The notes beneath the pieces were generated by a model that did not search any database, was not told the DNA's origin, and was given only the letters and a program-made list of their open reading frames with translations. This document shows, piece after piece, positions 1 to 9,066 of a stretch of 64,000 nucleotides of DNA. Every line of letters begins with the position of its first letter. The stretch's first letter is position 1. Made by a program: the position numbers and the translations under genes. This DNA comes from an uncultured Verrucomicrobiae bacterium (GTDB lineage Bacteria > Verrucomicrobiota > Verrucomicrobiia > Chthoniobacterales > JAFAMB01): assembly GCA_963762565.1 (NCBI GenBank), contig CAVXLD010000001.1, positions 1,184,001 to 1,248,000 of the forward strand. Reading direction: 5' to 3'.

Positions 1-765
1 AATGACTAAGGTTAGGTCGGGGCGGCCATCGATAGAAAAGGACGAGAACTCCAGCCCGAGCACTCCTGCAACCGGGTGTCGCAAATGTTTTATACCTTCA
101 CCTTCGTGAGCGCGGATATCGTTGGCCCGCCATATCACCTCAAATTCCGGGCTTAACCGGCAGAGTTCGTTGACCAATGCTTCGACATCTGCAGCAGCGC
201 CGGCTCGGGTTGTGTCTGCTCGAAACGCGGCCACGGCAAACCGCGCGACGCCTTGCCAGTCGAGCTGCGCAGCACGGGCCTGGGGGTCAAGGAAGATCCG
301 GCGCAGCATATTACGCTGTTCAGGAATAAGTTCATCATAGCCAAAGAGAGCAGATGCCGCGCGGTTCCACGCGACGAGATCCCAAGTGACGGTTTTTACA
401 AAGGCCGGGGTGAACTCCATAGCATCGAGGACGCGCTGGATCCGCGGCGAGATCCCTTCCTTTGCTTGATAGCGGACCACTGGAGGATGCCCCAAGGCAA
501 TTAAGAAAAGATGTTCGCGCTCAAAATCCGTCAACATGAGCGCGCGAGCAATACGCTCCAGCACCTCGACCGAGGGTGAACCGCCGCGTCCCTGTTCAAG
601 CCATGTGTACCAGGTAGGGCTGACATTGGCGCGCTGGGCCACTTCTTCTCGCCGCAGGCCGGGCGTTCGCCGGCGGGTCATCGGAAGACCAAGAGCGGCC
701 GGGTCAAGTTTGGCCCGACGGTCTTTCAGATAGGTTCCAAGCTGATTACCATTTGTTTCCGGCAT
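1..765 (-). CDS. XRE-family HTH transcriptional regulator, MmyB-like (3' end runs off the window)
   Basis: Manual translation from ATG at 765: MPETNGNQLGTYLKDRRAKLDPAALGLPMTRRRTPGLRREEVAQRANVSPTWYTWLEQGRGG. RRTPGLRREEVA...WYTWLEQGR is the MmyB-type signature. Divergent from an SDR gene. Confidence 0.9.
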   Translation of the reverse strand, partial: MPETNGNQLGTYLKDRRAKLDPAALGLPMTRRRTPGLRREEVAQRANVSPTWYTWLEQGRGGSPSVEVLERIARALMLTDFEREHLFLIALGHPPVVRYQAKEGISPRIQRVLDAMEFTPAFVKTVTWDLVAWNRAASALFGYDELIPEQRNMLRRIFLDPQARAAQLDWQGVARFAVAAFRADTTRAGAAADVEALVNELCRLSPEFEVIWRANDIRAHEGEGIKHLRHPVAGVLGLEFSSFSIDGRPDLTLVI

Positions 766-795
766 ATTACCCCGTTATTATTATATACCCCGTTA

Positions 796-817
796 GTTAT
801 TATACCAGTATAACAAC
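796..817. promoter_or_regulatory. Palindromic candidate operator between the MmyB-like regulator and the SDR gene
   Basis: GTTaTTATAC-CA-GTATAAcAAC in an AT-rich divergent promoter region; TACCCCGTTA also occurs twice just upstream. Confidence 0.45.
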
Positions 818-884
818 ACTACTTTACTAGAATAACATTCAAGCCAGAATAGCGCATCTCAAACATCAAAATGGAGGTTATTTA

Positions 885-1781
885 ATGCGTATTTTTGTTA
901 CTGGCGCCACTGGCTTCATCGGTTCTGTTCTAGTTAAGGAATTGCTCAGCGCGGGACATCAAGTGCTCGGCTTGTCCCGCTCCGATGCCGGCGCCAAGTC
1001 GCTGGCCGCAGCGGGCGCCGAGGTACATCGCGGTTCGATTGAAGATCTGGAAAGTCTGCGCACCGGGGCAGCAGCTTCGGACGGGGTTATTCACCTCGCG
1101 TTCAACCATGACTTCTCGAAATTCGTCGAGAACTGTGAGGCAGACCGGAAAGTCATTGAGGCCATCGGATCCGTCCTGGCCGGTTCCGATCGGCCGTTCA
1201 TCATCACCTCAGGAACCGGGATGGCGAATACCGTGCCTGGTCAGCCTGCGTTCGAAGATAATCCAATCATCGACTCATCGGTGATTCCACGAGCAGCTTC
1301 GGAAGAAGCCGCCGCGGCGTTGGCAGCGCGAGGCGTCAACATCTCGGTGGTGCGCCTTCCGCAGGTCCACGATCCAGTCAAACAGGGCCTCATTTCTTGG
1401 CTCATCCCAATTGCGCGGGAAAAGGGCGTCTCGGCGTTTGTGGGCGATGGACGCAACCGGTGGCCCGCCGCGCACGTTCGGGATACGGCCCATCTCTATC
1501 GGTTGGCGCTGGAGAAGCAGGAGCCAGGAGCCAAATACCACGCGGTGGCTGAAGAAGGTGTGCCGCTCCGCGATATCGCCGAAGTCATTGGCCGGGGCCT
1601 AAAAATCCCTGTCGTCTCGCTGTCTCAGGAGGAAGCTGCGTCCCACTTCGGATGGCTGGCAATGTTTGCCGGTCGCGACGTTCCGGCCTCAAGCGCGCTA
1701 ACGCGGAAACGGCTCGGCTGGAGTCCAACCGGGCCTGGATTGATTTCCGATCTCGAGCGGATGGATTATTCCGGAAGCTGA
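885..1781 (+). CDS. NAD-dependent epimerase/dehydratase (atypical SDR) family oxidoreductase
   Basis: N-terminal VTGATGFIG Rossmann motif, VIHLAF, VVRLP; GGAGG RBS upstream. Confidence 0.92.
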   Translation: MRIFVTGATGFIGSVLVKELLSAGHQVLGLSRSDAGAKSLAAAGAEVHRGSIEDLESLRTGAAASDGVIHLAFNHDFSKFVENCEADRKVIEAIGSVLAGSDRPFIITSGTGMANTVPGQPAFEDNPIIDSSVIPRAASEEAAAALAARGVNISVVRLPQVHDPVKQGLISWLIPIAREKGVSAFVGDGRNRWPAAHVRDTAHLYRLALEKQEPGAKYHAVAEEGVPLRDIAEVIGRGLKIPVVSLSQEEAASHFGWLAMFAGRDVPASSALTRKRLGWSPTGPGLISDLERMDYSGS

Positions 1782-1792
1782 GGCGCATCGCC

Positions 1793-1987
1793 CGGGAGGG
1801 ATCGCGTCCTCTTCCGGCCGCCGCCGGATTATTACCGAAGCGGAGGACGTGCTGCGAGCGCGCGGACGAAGATACGCCGTTAGGTTGTGGCACATCCTCG
1901 CGGCGCGCGGGGATCCGACGTCGCCAGCGGTCAGAAGAAAAAGGCCCACGATGGAAGGCTATGTCGGACAGGCTGCGCGCCCTCCCC
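1793..1987. repeat. REP-like doublet (GGGAGGG family), one arm interrupted by a ~60-bp insert
   Basis: Left arm CGGGAGGGATCGCGTCCTC; right arm CGCGGCGCGCGGGGA[insert]GCGCGCCCTCCC. About 75 bp closely match the reverse complement of 29382-29459. Confidence 0.7.
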
Positions 1988-2035
1988 AAATTCACCCCGC
2001 GGATGCAGGACGGGGATGCTCGATAGGCCAACCCG

Positions 2036-3850
2036 TTAACTCTTGCGGGTGAACCCGTCGGCGCTCCACTCTTCGCTCCCGACGCCATGATGGACAAAGA
2101 ATAGGCCGGTTGGATCGTATTTGTTTTTGATGGCGCGTAGACGCGAATAATTCGGGCCCCAGAACGATTCCTGCCACGAATTCTCGAAGTAATTGGTCTC
2201 TGAAACGTAAGAGGCTGGTTGGGGAACGATTTTTCTGAGCTCGTTCATGGCCTGGGCGATTTTGATCGCGTTTTGACGAGCGGCCGACACATCGGGTTCA
2301 TGGCCGGCGATACCGGGATAAACCGGGTCTCCGCCACCTGCGATAATAACAAGAGCAAATGCATTTAGTACTGCTGGATTCGTGGCGGTATCGCGGGCGG
2401 CGGCAATTTCTTCTGGTGGTGCACCGGCTAACCCTTTGTTGAAGTGCAGTCCGACTCGCCAGTGGCGGGTCGCGGAAAAAAGAGCATCGACCAGCCGCTC
2501 TGTGCTGTCCTTCGCTAGAAGAGTGTCCGGTAGCCAAATGGATTCATAGCCGTGCCAATACATTCCTACTTGGTTGTTGTCACCTGCCCACCAATAATGT
2601 TTATCGGATACACCTTCCCTGGAATCTGCTAACACCACTTCTGGTGCATTCTTTTTCCAAAAATCGAGATCCCAGTGGTGTCGGGCAGGGATGGCCGGAA
2701 TAATTGGGCCCAACCGTATACTATAATCCGCCGGCGATTGGTTGATCCGATCGAAGAACGGTTTCCAGATACTCTCTGCTTCGGATTTAGTGAGACCTTG
2801 GAACAGGAGCGTGATGGAGAGTTGATTGTTGCCGCCTAAGGACACGGTCTCACCCCAGTGGGGGTTAAACAACTGATCTCGATAGAATTCAATAAACCAG
2901 CCGATCAATTCCCGGAAAGCGGTATCCGAGTGTGCCTCGATCGTGGCGATCACTGTGCCGAACAATTCGGGAAGATCGCGGGTTCTTAAGGTTAGTTTTG
3001 TTAGTACGCCAAAACTGCCGCCGCCACCGCCTTTGATTGCCCAGAATAAATCGGAGTTAGTGCAGGCGTTAGCAACACGGACGGCGCCGTCTGCGGTCAC
3101 AATTTCGGCCTCCAAAAGACCGGCCGCTGCCGTGCCGAATCGTTTTGAGTAGCTGCCAAATCCGCCCCCGTGAACCAGGCCGGCGACACCGACGGTAGTA
3201 CAACCGCCACCTTGGACATAGCGGCCGGCCTCGACAGTAACGGCGCGATAAACATCTATCCACATCGCACCGGATTCGACCGTGACCGCGGCTTGCGGTG
3301 ATTGGTGTTGGGCACATCCCTGGCCAACAAATGCGTCGTGTAAAACGATCTTGTTCATCGCCCGGGTCCAAATCAGGAGCGAGTCGGGCGCGTTTGATCC
3401 GCCGAGGTAACTGTGGCCGCCACCTTTCACGACCAACCGGAGATGGTTGGCCTGAGCAAAATTAACTCCGGCAACGACGTCATCGGTGGTCTGCGCAGCA
3501 ATCGCATAAGCACTTGGACTGGAGATCCAGGCGTCGACCCAGCCCGTGCTTTGGGTAGCACCCGGTTGATCACCGACATAGAACGGGTTTTGCAGGTCTT
3601 TAATTATTTTGTCGCGAGCCGCAGCGGTCGTGTTTCCCGCAAGAACCGGTTCAACCTTAATCAGCCGGCCGTTTACCGTTTGATTTAGTTTTTCCCAACT
3701 CGCAGCATCGGGCCAATTTTTGTCGGAAGTGCGTACTCGCGAGGCAGGCGGGGTCGGTGAAGCGCCGCTGGCCGGTACCGAGAAATAGCGCCAGAGTACG
3801 GACACAATCGGAAGTGTCGCCAAGCGTCTAAGGAAGCTTTTTCGGGTCAT
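2036..3850 (-). CDS. FAD-binding oxidoreductase, berberine-bridge-enzyme (BBE)-like, probable Tat-type export signal
   Basis: VKGGGHSY flavinylation motif, GGGCTTVGVAG, LFWAIKGGGGGSFGV, C-terminal FWGPNYSRLRAIKNKYDP; N-terminal TRKSFL. Confidence 0.9.
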   Translation of the reverse strand: MTRKSFLRRLATLPIVSVLWRYFSVPASGASPTPPASRVRTSDKNWPDAASWEKLNQTVNGRLIKVEPVLAGNTTAAARDKIIKDLQNPFYVGDQPGATQSTGWVDAWISSPSAYAIAAQTTDDVVAGVNFAQANHLRLVVKGGGHSYLGGSNAPDSLLIWTRAMNKIVLHDAFVGQGCAQHQSPQAAVTVESGAMWIDVYRAVTVEAGRYVQGGGCTTVGVAGLVHGGGFGSYSKRFGTAAAGLLEAEIVTADGAVRVANACTNSDLFWAIKGGGGGSFGVLTKLTLRTRDLPELFGTVIATIEAHSDTAFRELIGWFIEFYRDQLFNPHWGETVSLGGNNQLSITLLFQGLTKSEAESIWKPFFDRINQSPADYSIRLGPIIPAIPARHHWDLDFWKKNAPEVVLADSREGVSDKHYWWAGDNNQVGMYWHGYESIWLPDTLLAKDSTERLVDALFSATRHWRVGLHFNKGLAGAPPEEIAAARDTATNPAVLNAFALVIIAGGGDPVYPGIAGHEPDVSAARQNAIKIAQAMNELRKIVPQPASYVSETNYFENSWQESFWGPNYSRLRAIKNKYDPTGLFFVHHGVGSEEWSADGFTRKS

Positions 3851-3890
3851 ACGTCGGAAATTCTCGAGTTAGCTAACTAGGGCGGAGCGA

Positions 3891-3928
3891 ATGACAGATG
3901 ACAAATTACAAATGACAGATGACAGATG
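3891..3928. repeat. Heptamer tandem repeat (ATGACAR)n
   Basis: ATGACAG ATGACAA ATTACAA ATGACAG ATGACAG; the same unit occurs at 60494-60573. Confidence 0.75.
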
Positions 3929-3937
3929 CGGGGCCAG

Positions 3938-4714
3938 TCATCGGATCAGACCAGCTTGGAGACTCGCGAGCACGTCCTGATTGGTGCGCTCGAATTGCAG
4001 GGGAGTGACCGAGACCCGACCGTGTCCAATGGCGAAAGTCTCCGATCCAGGCGTGTCCCCTCGGGCTGAGCGTCGAAGGTGAAGCCAATGATATTCGAGG
4101 CTGCGGGGATCAATACCGGAGACGACGTCGACGTCCTCCATCAAGCCGGTTCCTTGAATGGTCAATTCGATCGGCCCCGCCTTATCGGCAGGGACATCCG
4201 GAAAATTGATATTCAAAATTGAGCCTTGGCTCCAACCGCCTTTCGCGAACTGCCTGATCACCTTGGGAGCAAGCGCGCGAGCCGTGTCCCAACGCACCGC
4301 ATTGCGATCGCTGAAGGCTTGGCTGAGAGCCATCGACGGGATCCCGAGTAACATACCGGTCATGGCCGCACCCACCGTTCCGGAAAAGACGGTTTCGATC
4401 CCGAGATTCGCGCCGCGGTTAATGCCCGACAGAATCAGGTCTGGTCTTCCCGACACCATCAGATGACGGACTGCCATGACCACACAGTCGCCCGGCGTTC
4501 CGGAGACTGAGAATCGACGCTCCTCCTTCTGCGAGACCCGCAAAGGACTGTGCAGGCTCAAAGAATGCGACGTCCCGCTTTGGTCGTAGTTCGGGGCAAC
4601 GATCCAAACCTCTTCAGCCAGTTCCTCTGCCACCTCAGTCAAAATCCGAAGGCCAGGAGCATCGAATCCGTCGTCGTTCGTGAGTAGTACTCTTGAGATG
4701 AGATGAGATGTCAT
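3938..4714 (-). CDS. surE: 5'/3'-nucleotidase SurE
   Basis: LLTNDDG, QSGTSHS, GTPGDCV, SGINRGANLG, SGTVGAA and VSVTPL motifs. Confidence 0.93.
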   Translation of the reverse strand: MTSHLISRVLLTNDDGFDAPGLRILTEVAEELAEEVWIVAPNYDQSGTSHSLSLHSPLRVSQKEERRFSVSGTPGDCVVMAVRHLMVSGRPDLILSGINRGANLGIETVFSGTVGAAMTGMLLGIPSMALSQAFSDRNAVRWDTARALAPKVIRQFAKGGWSQGSILNINFPDVPADKAGPIELTIQGTGLMEDVDVVSGIDPRSLEYHWLHLRRSARGDTPGSETFAIGHGRVSVTPLQFERTNQDVLASLQAGLIR

Positions 4715-4770
4715 GCAAAAGAATTTAAAGTCTCACGCAAAGACGAAAAGGCGCAAAGGTTAAAACGGAG

Positions 4771-6246
4771 TCACTTCACCAATTTCTGATTCCGATACAA
4801 CGCCCGCCATTCGATCACCTCGGTAAGCAGTGTCTTTTCTACCCGCGCAACTACGCGCAGGACGCTGGTCCAACTCTTGGTTTGTTCCAGTTGTTTCCGA
4901 TAATCGAGGATAAGTCGACGCATTTCGAGGAAACGCCGCCGGCGGCGTCCGTAATCATTTACGACGATCATGGCGCCGGTAACTGCCGCCAGTTGGTAAG
5001 CCAAGACCACTGCCAAACCTAGCCACGACATCCAACCGTTTGAAGGCAGTAAATGGAAGACTTGAGCCGTCATGACGAAGAAAAGGTTCCCGGCAATCGC
5101 CAAAACGACAGACCAGCGAATGATAACCTGAGCCCATGACATGACTCGATCGGCCCGGCGCGTCTGCCGGGAAAAATAGCTGCTCTGCTGGACGATCCGC
5201 TCCTCATGGTAGGATTCTTTAAACGAGGCAAAATCCGTTTTCTGATTCTTGAACCCGGCCAACATCTTGAGATGATTCAGAGCCTCCAGCATTCCGTGCA
5301 GCTCGGGAATCACCGCTTTATCAATCACATCGTAGCGGACCGGAGCATCCCACAGAGCAACGAATGAGCGCGAAACTTCCGCGGCGGCCCGAACCCTGGC
5401 CCAGCTTTCCTGTGTTTCTTTAGCTTTCAGAAACTTCGGGGCCAGCGCGGCGATTAAGCCAAGAAGGGCGCTGGTTCCAAATAAAAGGCTGGCCTGTTGC
5501 CGAAAAATGTAGGCTGCAACCGTGAGCACAGCGGCAGTGCCAGCACACAAGATGGGTGTCGCAGCAATCTTGCGAAACTGTGGAGCCACTCGATTTGCAT
5601 TCTCATCGAGTTTTTGGAACCAAGCGATTGCCTGGTCCCGATAGGTACCTCCCGGCTTAACTTTTCGGTCGGGTAAGTTGTTGAGGAAAGTTAGCTCGGG
5701 ATCATGCCAAGATCGGTCGCTTTCGTTCCAACGCGTTATTTCACCGGTTTCACTGTGAATCCAAATAACCGGTGTACCGAGATTTTTACAGCATTCCGCC
5801 ATTTCCCCGGTGCCGCCGATTCCTTGGGCCGGGAGTCCATTCCATAACACAATCAATAGGCCGCTCTGCAAAATCGTTTCCAACCCACACTCATAGTAAC
5901 AATGTGGGCGGCTGAGTCCCCCACCTACGACCTCGAAAGAGACCGCTCGCTCGAGCGCGTTTTCAGCGCGTTTCCAAGTCGCGGCTTCGAAATCTTCGCT
6001 GAACTGAGCCGGCGGCATCGGCAAAAGGACGCGCAACGGTATACCGAGCTCAAAACATGCTTCAGCAAAGAGTAGGTCGCCACCCGCTGCCAGGGACGAG
6101 AGACCGGAAACTCCGCCCGGCAGCTTCGAATTCCATTCACTTAGCACTTTCAAAATCATGTCCCGACACCCCGATTCGTCGGCCAGTTTCATATGTCCCG
6201 AAAAACCGATTTGCAGAGCGGGGGTTAATTTAACTTGGGACTTCAT
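4771..6246 (-). CDS. SLOG-domain protein fused to two SLATT-type 2TM effector domains
   Basis: N-terminal IGFSGH...SSLAAGGDLLFAE...VLLPMP...LIVLWNG..GIGGTGE (SLOG fold). Two TM hairpins follow, with WxxxRxxAE, YxxxRxxQQxxYF and ExxLxxExxxW motifs (SLATT/DUF4231-like). Confidence 0.72.
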   Translation of the reverse strand: MKSQVKLTPALQIGFSGHMKLADESGCRDMILKVLSEWNSKLPGGVSGLSSLAAGGDLLFAEACFELGIPLRVLLPMPPAQFSEDFEAATWKRAENALERAVSFEVVGGGLSRPHCYYECGLETILQSGLLIVLWNGLPAQGIGGTGEMAECCKNLGTPVIWIHSETGEITRWNESDRSWHDPELTFLNNLPDRKVKPGGTYRDQAIAWFQKLDENANRVAPQFRKIAATPILCAGTAAVLTVAAYIFRQQASLLFGTSALLGLIAALAPKFLKAKETQESWARVRAAAEVSRSFVALWDAPVRYDVIDKAVIPELHGMLEALNHLKMLAGFKNQKTDFASFKESYHEERIVQQSSYFSRQTRRADRVMSWAQVIIRWSVVLAIAGNLFFVMTAQVFHLLPSNGWMSWLGLAVVLAYQLAAVTGAMIVVNDYGRRRRRFLEMRRLILDYRKQLEQTKSWTSVLRVVARVEKTLLTEVIEWRALYRNQKLVK

Positions 6247-6396
6247 GGGGAGGACTAAGCGGAATCGTCAGCAGACGGGCCTAGTGTAGGACGCAGCTCA
6301 GCGATCTTTCGATGAAAAAGCGCCAAAACACATCCAGCCAGATTGCCTGCAGCGCCGAATCCGTGAGCGCTAGGAGTCGCCCTTCCGCCGGCACGC

Positions 6397-6422
6397 CTCC
6401 TGGCTCCTGGGTTCTGGCTCCT
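6397..6422. repeat. Heptamer tandem repeat (CTCCTGG)n
   Basis: CTCCTGG CTCCTGG GTTCTGG CTCCT; near-identical array at 59287-59319. Confidence 0.65.
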
Positions 6423-6437
6423 CTTCGTCAACTCCCA

Positions 6438-7205
6438 TCAGCCTTTTTTTGCGCTCCGCTTTTGATCGTGTTCAGAGATCCATTTCAATCCTTCCAGCCA
6501 GTGTTCATGGCTGAGGTGGGTAAACTCCGGGTAACTGGCTCTCTCCCAGCGCGACGCCATACCGGTAGCCACCTCTTCGAAAGTTACCAGGCACTTTCGA
6601 GGCCCCATGGGTTTAATGAGCCAGTTGTGGTAGGAATCAACCAGTGGACCATGAATGGTCCAAGCTCGCCCGTAACTGCGCCAACCGAGACGGTTCGGAG
6701 GATCGCATTCAATAACCAGGCCGTCGACTTTGTCAGGGGGGACTTGACCCAAGATTGGTAGCAGTTGAGGCACGTCGGAACTCAACCAGGAAAACTTCGT
6801 ATTCTTTTGCAATACCCGTGATCCACCCCAAATCTTGACCTTCCCCGCGTAAGGGCACCACTTAGGCCATAGCTCCGCGTGAACCAGGTGATCCCATACC
6901 GTTTCACAAGAAGCGTTTATCTCGATCTGGTTATGCGCAAAGACTTCTGCAGATCGATTAAACATGGCGGTGGGCCAATGCATCTCGGGTGACCGCTGGA
7001 TCCAATCCCTGTTTATGGCATCACCGACAGGAGTGGGGGTCGGGGTGGCCTTCCCCGTCACTGTGATAGCCGGCAACGGGGTATCTCCTTGGGCGGCCGT
7101 CGCCACGATTAAGAGCAGCCCGCAAACCGCGAGCGGTAAGACGTAGTGATCACTAACAGTCAATTTGCGCGGATACACGCACCGGGGGTTTACTCGCCTA
7201 TCCAT
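6438..7205 (-). CDS. Secreted SRPBCC (polyketide cyclase/START-like) domain protein; start uncertain
   Basis: Signal-like hydrophobic segment, then AHNQIEINASCETVWDHLVHAELWPKW, PPNRLGW, YHNWLI, HEHWLEGLK. Confidence 0.7.
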   Translation of the reverse strand: MDRRVNPRCVYPRKLTVSDHYVLPLAVCGLLLIVATAAQGDTPLPAITVTGKATPTPTPVGDAINRDWIQRSPEMHWPTAMFNRSAEVFAHNQIEINASCETVWDHLVHAELWPKWCPYAGKVKIWGGSRVLQKNTKFSWLSSDVPQLLPILGQVPPDKVDGLVIECDPPNRLGWRSYGRAWTIHGPLVDSYHNWLIKPMGPRKCLVTFEEVATGMASRWERASYPEFTHLSHEHWLEGLKWISEHDQKRSAKKG

Positions 7206-7747
7206 AAGCCTGATTGCATTCACGTCCTGGGTGAGAGTAACGACCACAACGATACCGAAAACCGGGGTTCGGCCAAGAATTAGGAAATCGACCGGAAACT
7301 AAGACTTACGGCAAGACTCTATGAATCTGATTCGCTCTTGAGCAGTTCGCGGAAGGACCGCAGAATTTCAAGGTAGCTAAATCCAGGAATAAATCGGCCT
7401 CTGCCCGAGTCTTATTCTATGAGAGGACGAGATCGCGTTTTTGCTGTCGGTCTGTCACAAACCAAAGCTTGGATTCATAAAGAGACGTTCCGCTATGCCC
7501 AGTCCCGAAACATCTAAGGAACAAAACGAGTCACTGCATGGTTCGCGCTGGGTAGTTCCCGGGAGCCGCCTGCTGCCCACTCCTGGAGCTGCCGGATTGC
7601 AAAGCGGCTCCCCTCCAGACGTTGGGCCGCGCTCAGGCTCCGGTGACGATCAACCGTTTCGGGGCGATGATGAGGCGGCTAGACCGAGCCTGATTGATAA
7701 CTGGATCGATGCTTGATCCCCAGGGATCAGCGGAGCAAGGCCAGGGC

Positions 7748-7984
7748 AGCCATGAAATGGCGTAACAGAGCAGCCCAGGGCTTCAGCCCTGGGTATATTT
7801 GTCGTAACATCCGCCCTGAAAGGGCGGCCGAAATGCGCGACTTTGGACCCACATCCGTGGCGATCCACGCTCGTCCGATACTGCGCTACGTCCAAGGGAT
7901 TCGGTGGCCCTTTCAGGGCCAATTCTATGGGACGCTTTCCCAGGCCTGAAGGCCTGGGCTGTTCTATTACGCCATTTCATGGCT
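7748..7984. mobile_element. Palindromic non-autonomous element (REP/MITE-like) with ~45-bp terminal inverted repeats
   Basis: AGCCATGAAATGGCGTAACAGAGCAGCCCAGGGCTTCAGCCCTGGG pairs with CCCAGGCCTGAAGGCCTGGGCTGTTCTATTACGCCATTTCATGGCT; an inner GCCCTGAAAGGGC / GCCCTTTCAGGGC pair is also present. Confidence 0.75.
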
Positions 7985-7992
7985 ACTACCAC

Positions 7993-8892
7993 CTACCTGC
8001 GCCTCAGCTCCTCTAATTCTTCCAAGGTACGCGGCCACTCAGATCCTAGCAGGCGGGACAAGCTGCGGTCGGCAAGGACTACTCCGCCGGTCTGACAGCG
8101 AGCACAATAATTGGTCTCGTTGTCGGCATAACGAATCCGCTGAACTTTTTCGCCACATCGCGGGCAGGGCTGGTTATAGCGGCCATGTACTGCCATTTCT
8201 TTGCGAAAGGCAGTGACGTTTTCTGGAAAATCAGAGCCAGCTTCATTTTGCAGGCGATCAATCCAGAGCTCCAGCGTCTGTCGCGCCGCCATCAACAATC
8301 GCTCCCACTCTTCCAGCTTGAGTTTGCGAGTCATTGCTATCGGCGACAACTGCGCGGCATGTAAGATCTCATCTGAATAAGCGTTGCCAATACCATCTAC
8401 TAACCGGGGATCAGTCAGAGCCCGTTTCAGCGTACGGTTTTCCGCGGTAAGCGCAGTGCGAAATGATTCTAGATCACTTTCGAAGATATCGATCCCGCCC
8501 GGATCGGTTGAGCGGAGGCCGGCTTCGCCACCAAAAACGTGTAGCGACGCACGGCGCTTAGTGCCGGCCTCAGTTAATACCAGGGAACCGTTGGGGAAAT
8601 CGAATGCCGCCAGGGTGTTGCGTCCCGCGATCGAAGCCGGCGGCAGTCGCCAATGAAGCCGGCCGGCAATCATGAGATGCAGCACCAGCCATAGATCATT
8701 TTCTACTCCGATGGCAATTCGTTTGCCAATTCGCCTCAGGTCACGTACAACGCGGCCTTCTACCTCGCGAATCGGTGGTTCGGCGGTACGAAGTAGAAAT
8801 GTGCTCGCGATTCGGACCCGCATAAGTCGCTCACCCAGTACCCTCGGCTTGAGCGCATTGATGTAGGTAACAATGTCCGGTAGCTCCGGCAT
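7993..8892 (-). CDS. Fpg/Nei family DNA glycosylase/AP lyase
   Basis: N-terminal MPELP, HLMIAG, H2TH motif GIGNAYSDEIL, zinc finger CPRC...CARC. Confidence 0.92.
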   Translation of the reverse strand: MPELPDIVTYINALKPRVLGERLMRVRIASTFLLRTAEPPIREVEGRVVRDLRRIGKRIAIGVENDLWLVLHLMIAGRLHWRLPPASIAGRNTLAAFDFPNGSLVLTEAGTKRRASLHVFGGEAGLRSTDPGGIDIFESDLESFRTALTAENRTLKRALTDPRLVDGIGNAYSDEILHAAQLSPIAMTRKLKLEEWERLLMAARQTLELWIDRLQNEAGSDFPENVTAFRKEMAVHGRYNQPCPRCGEKVQRIRYADNETNYCARCQTGGVVLADRSLSRLLGSEWPRTLEELEELRRR

Positions 8893-8931
8893 GACTTAGA
8901 ATCTGGCACAGGGAACGAGCGGGTACAGAGC

Positions 8932-9036
8932 TCAACCGCAGATGGACGCAGATTTACGCAGATAAAATGAAAAAGAACCAGGGGCCGCGACTCGCATGGT
9001 CTTTATCTGCGTAAATCTGCGTGCATCTGCGGTTGA
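8932..9036. repeat. Inverted-repeat element with 9-nt periodic arms (ACGCAGATN)
   Basis: 8932-8966 TCAACCGCAGATGGACGCAGATTTACGCAGATAAA matches the reverse complement of 9002-9036 at 34/35 positions. Confidence 0.85.
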
Positions 9037-9066
9037 ACTCCGTTTCCCCTCGTCCTCATTCGCTAT

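Noticed and set aside
1585..2097. 170-aa and 124-aa ORFs across the SDR/BBE gap
   Set aside because: They translate GC-rich REP sequence and overlap real genes; Arg/Pro-rich with no motifs.
7441..8095. Short ORFs beginning MKWRNR on both strands, and the 7495-7716 ORF
   Set aside because: The MKWRNR ORFs are mirror translations of the palindromic element. The 7495 ORF has no recognisable motif, so it is left uncalled.
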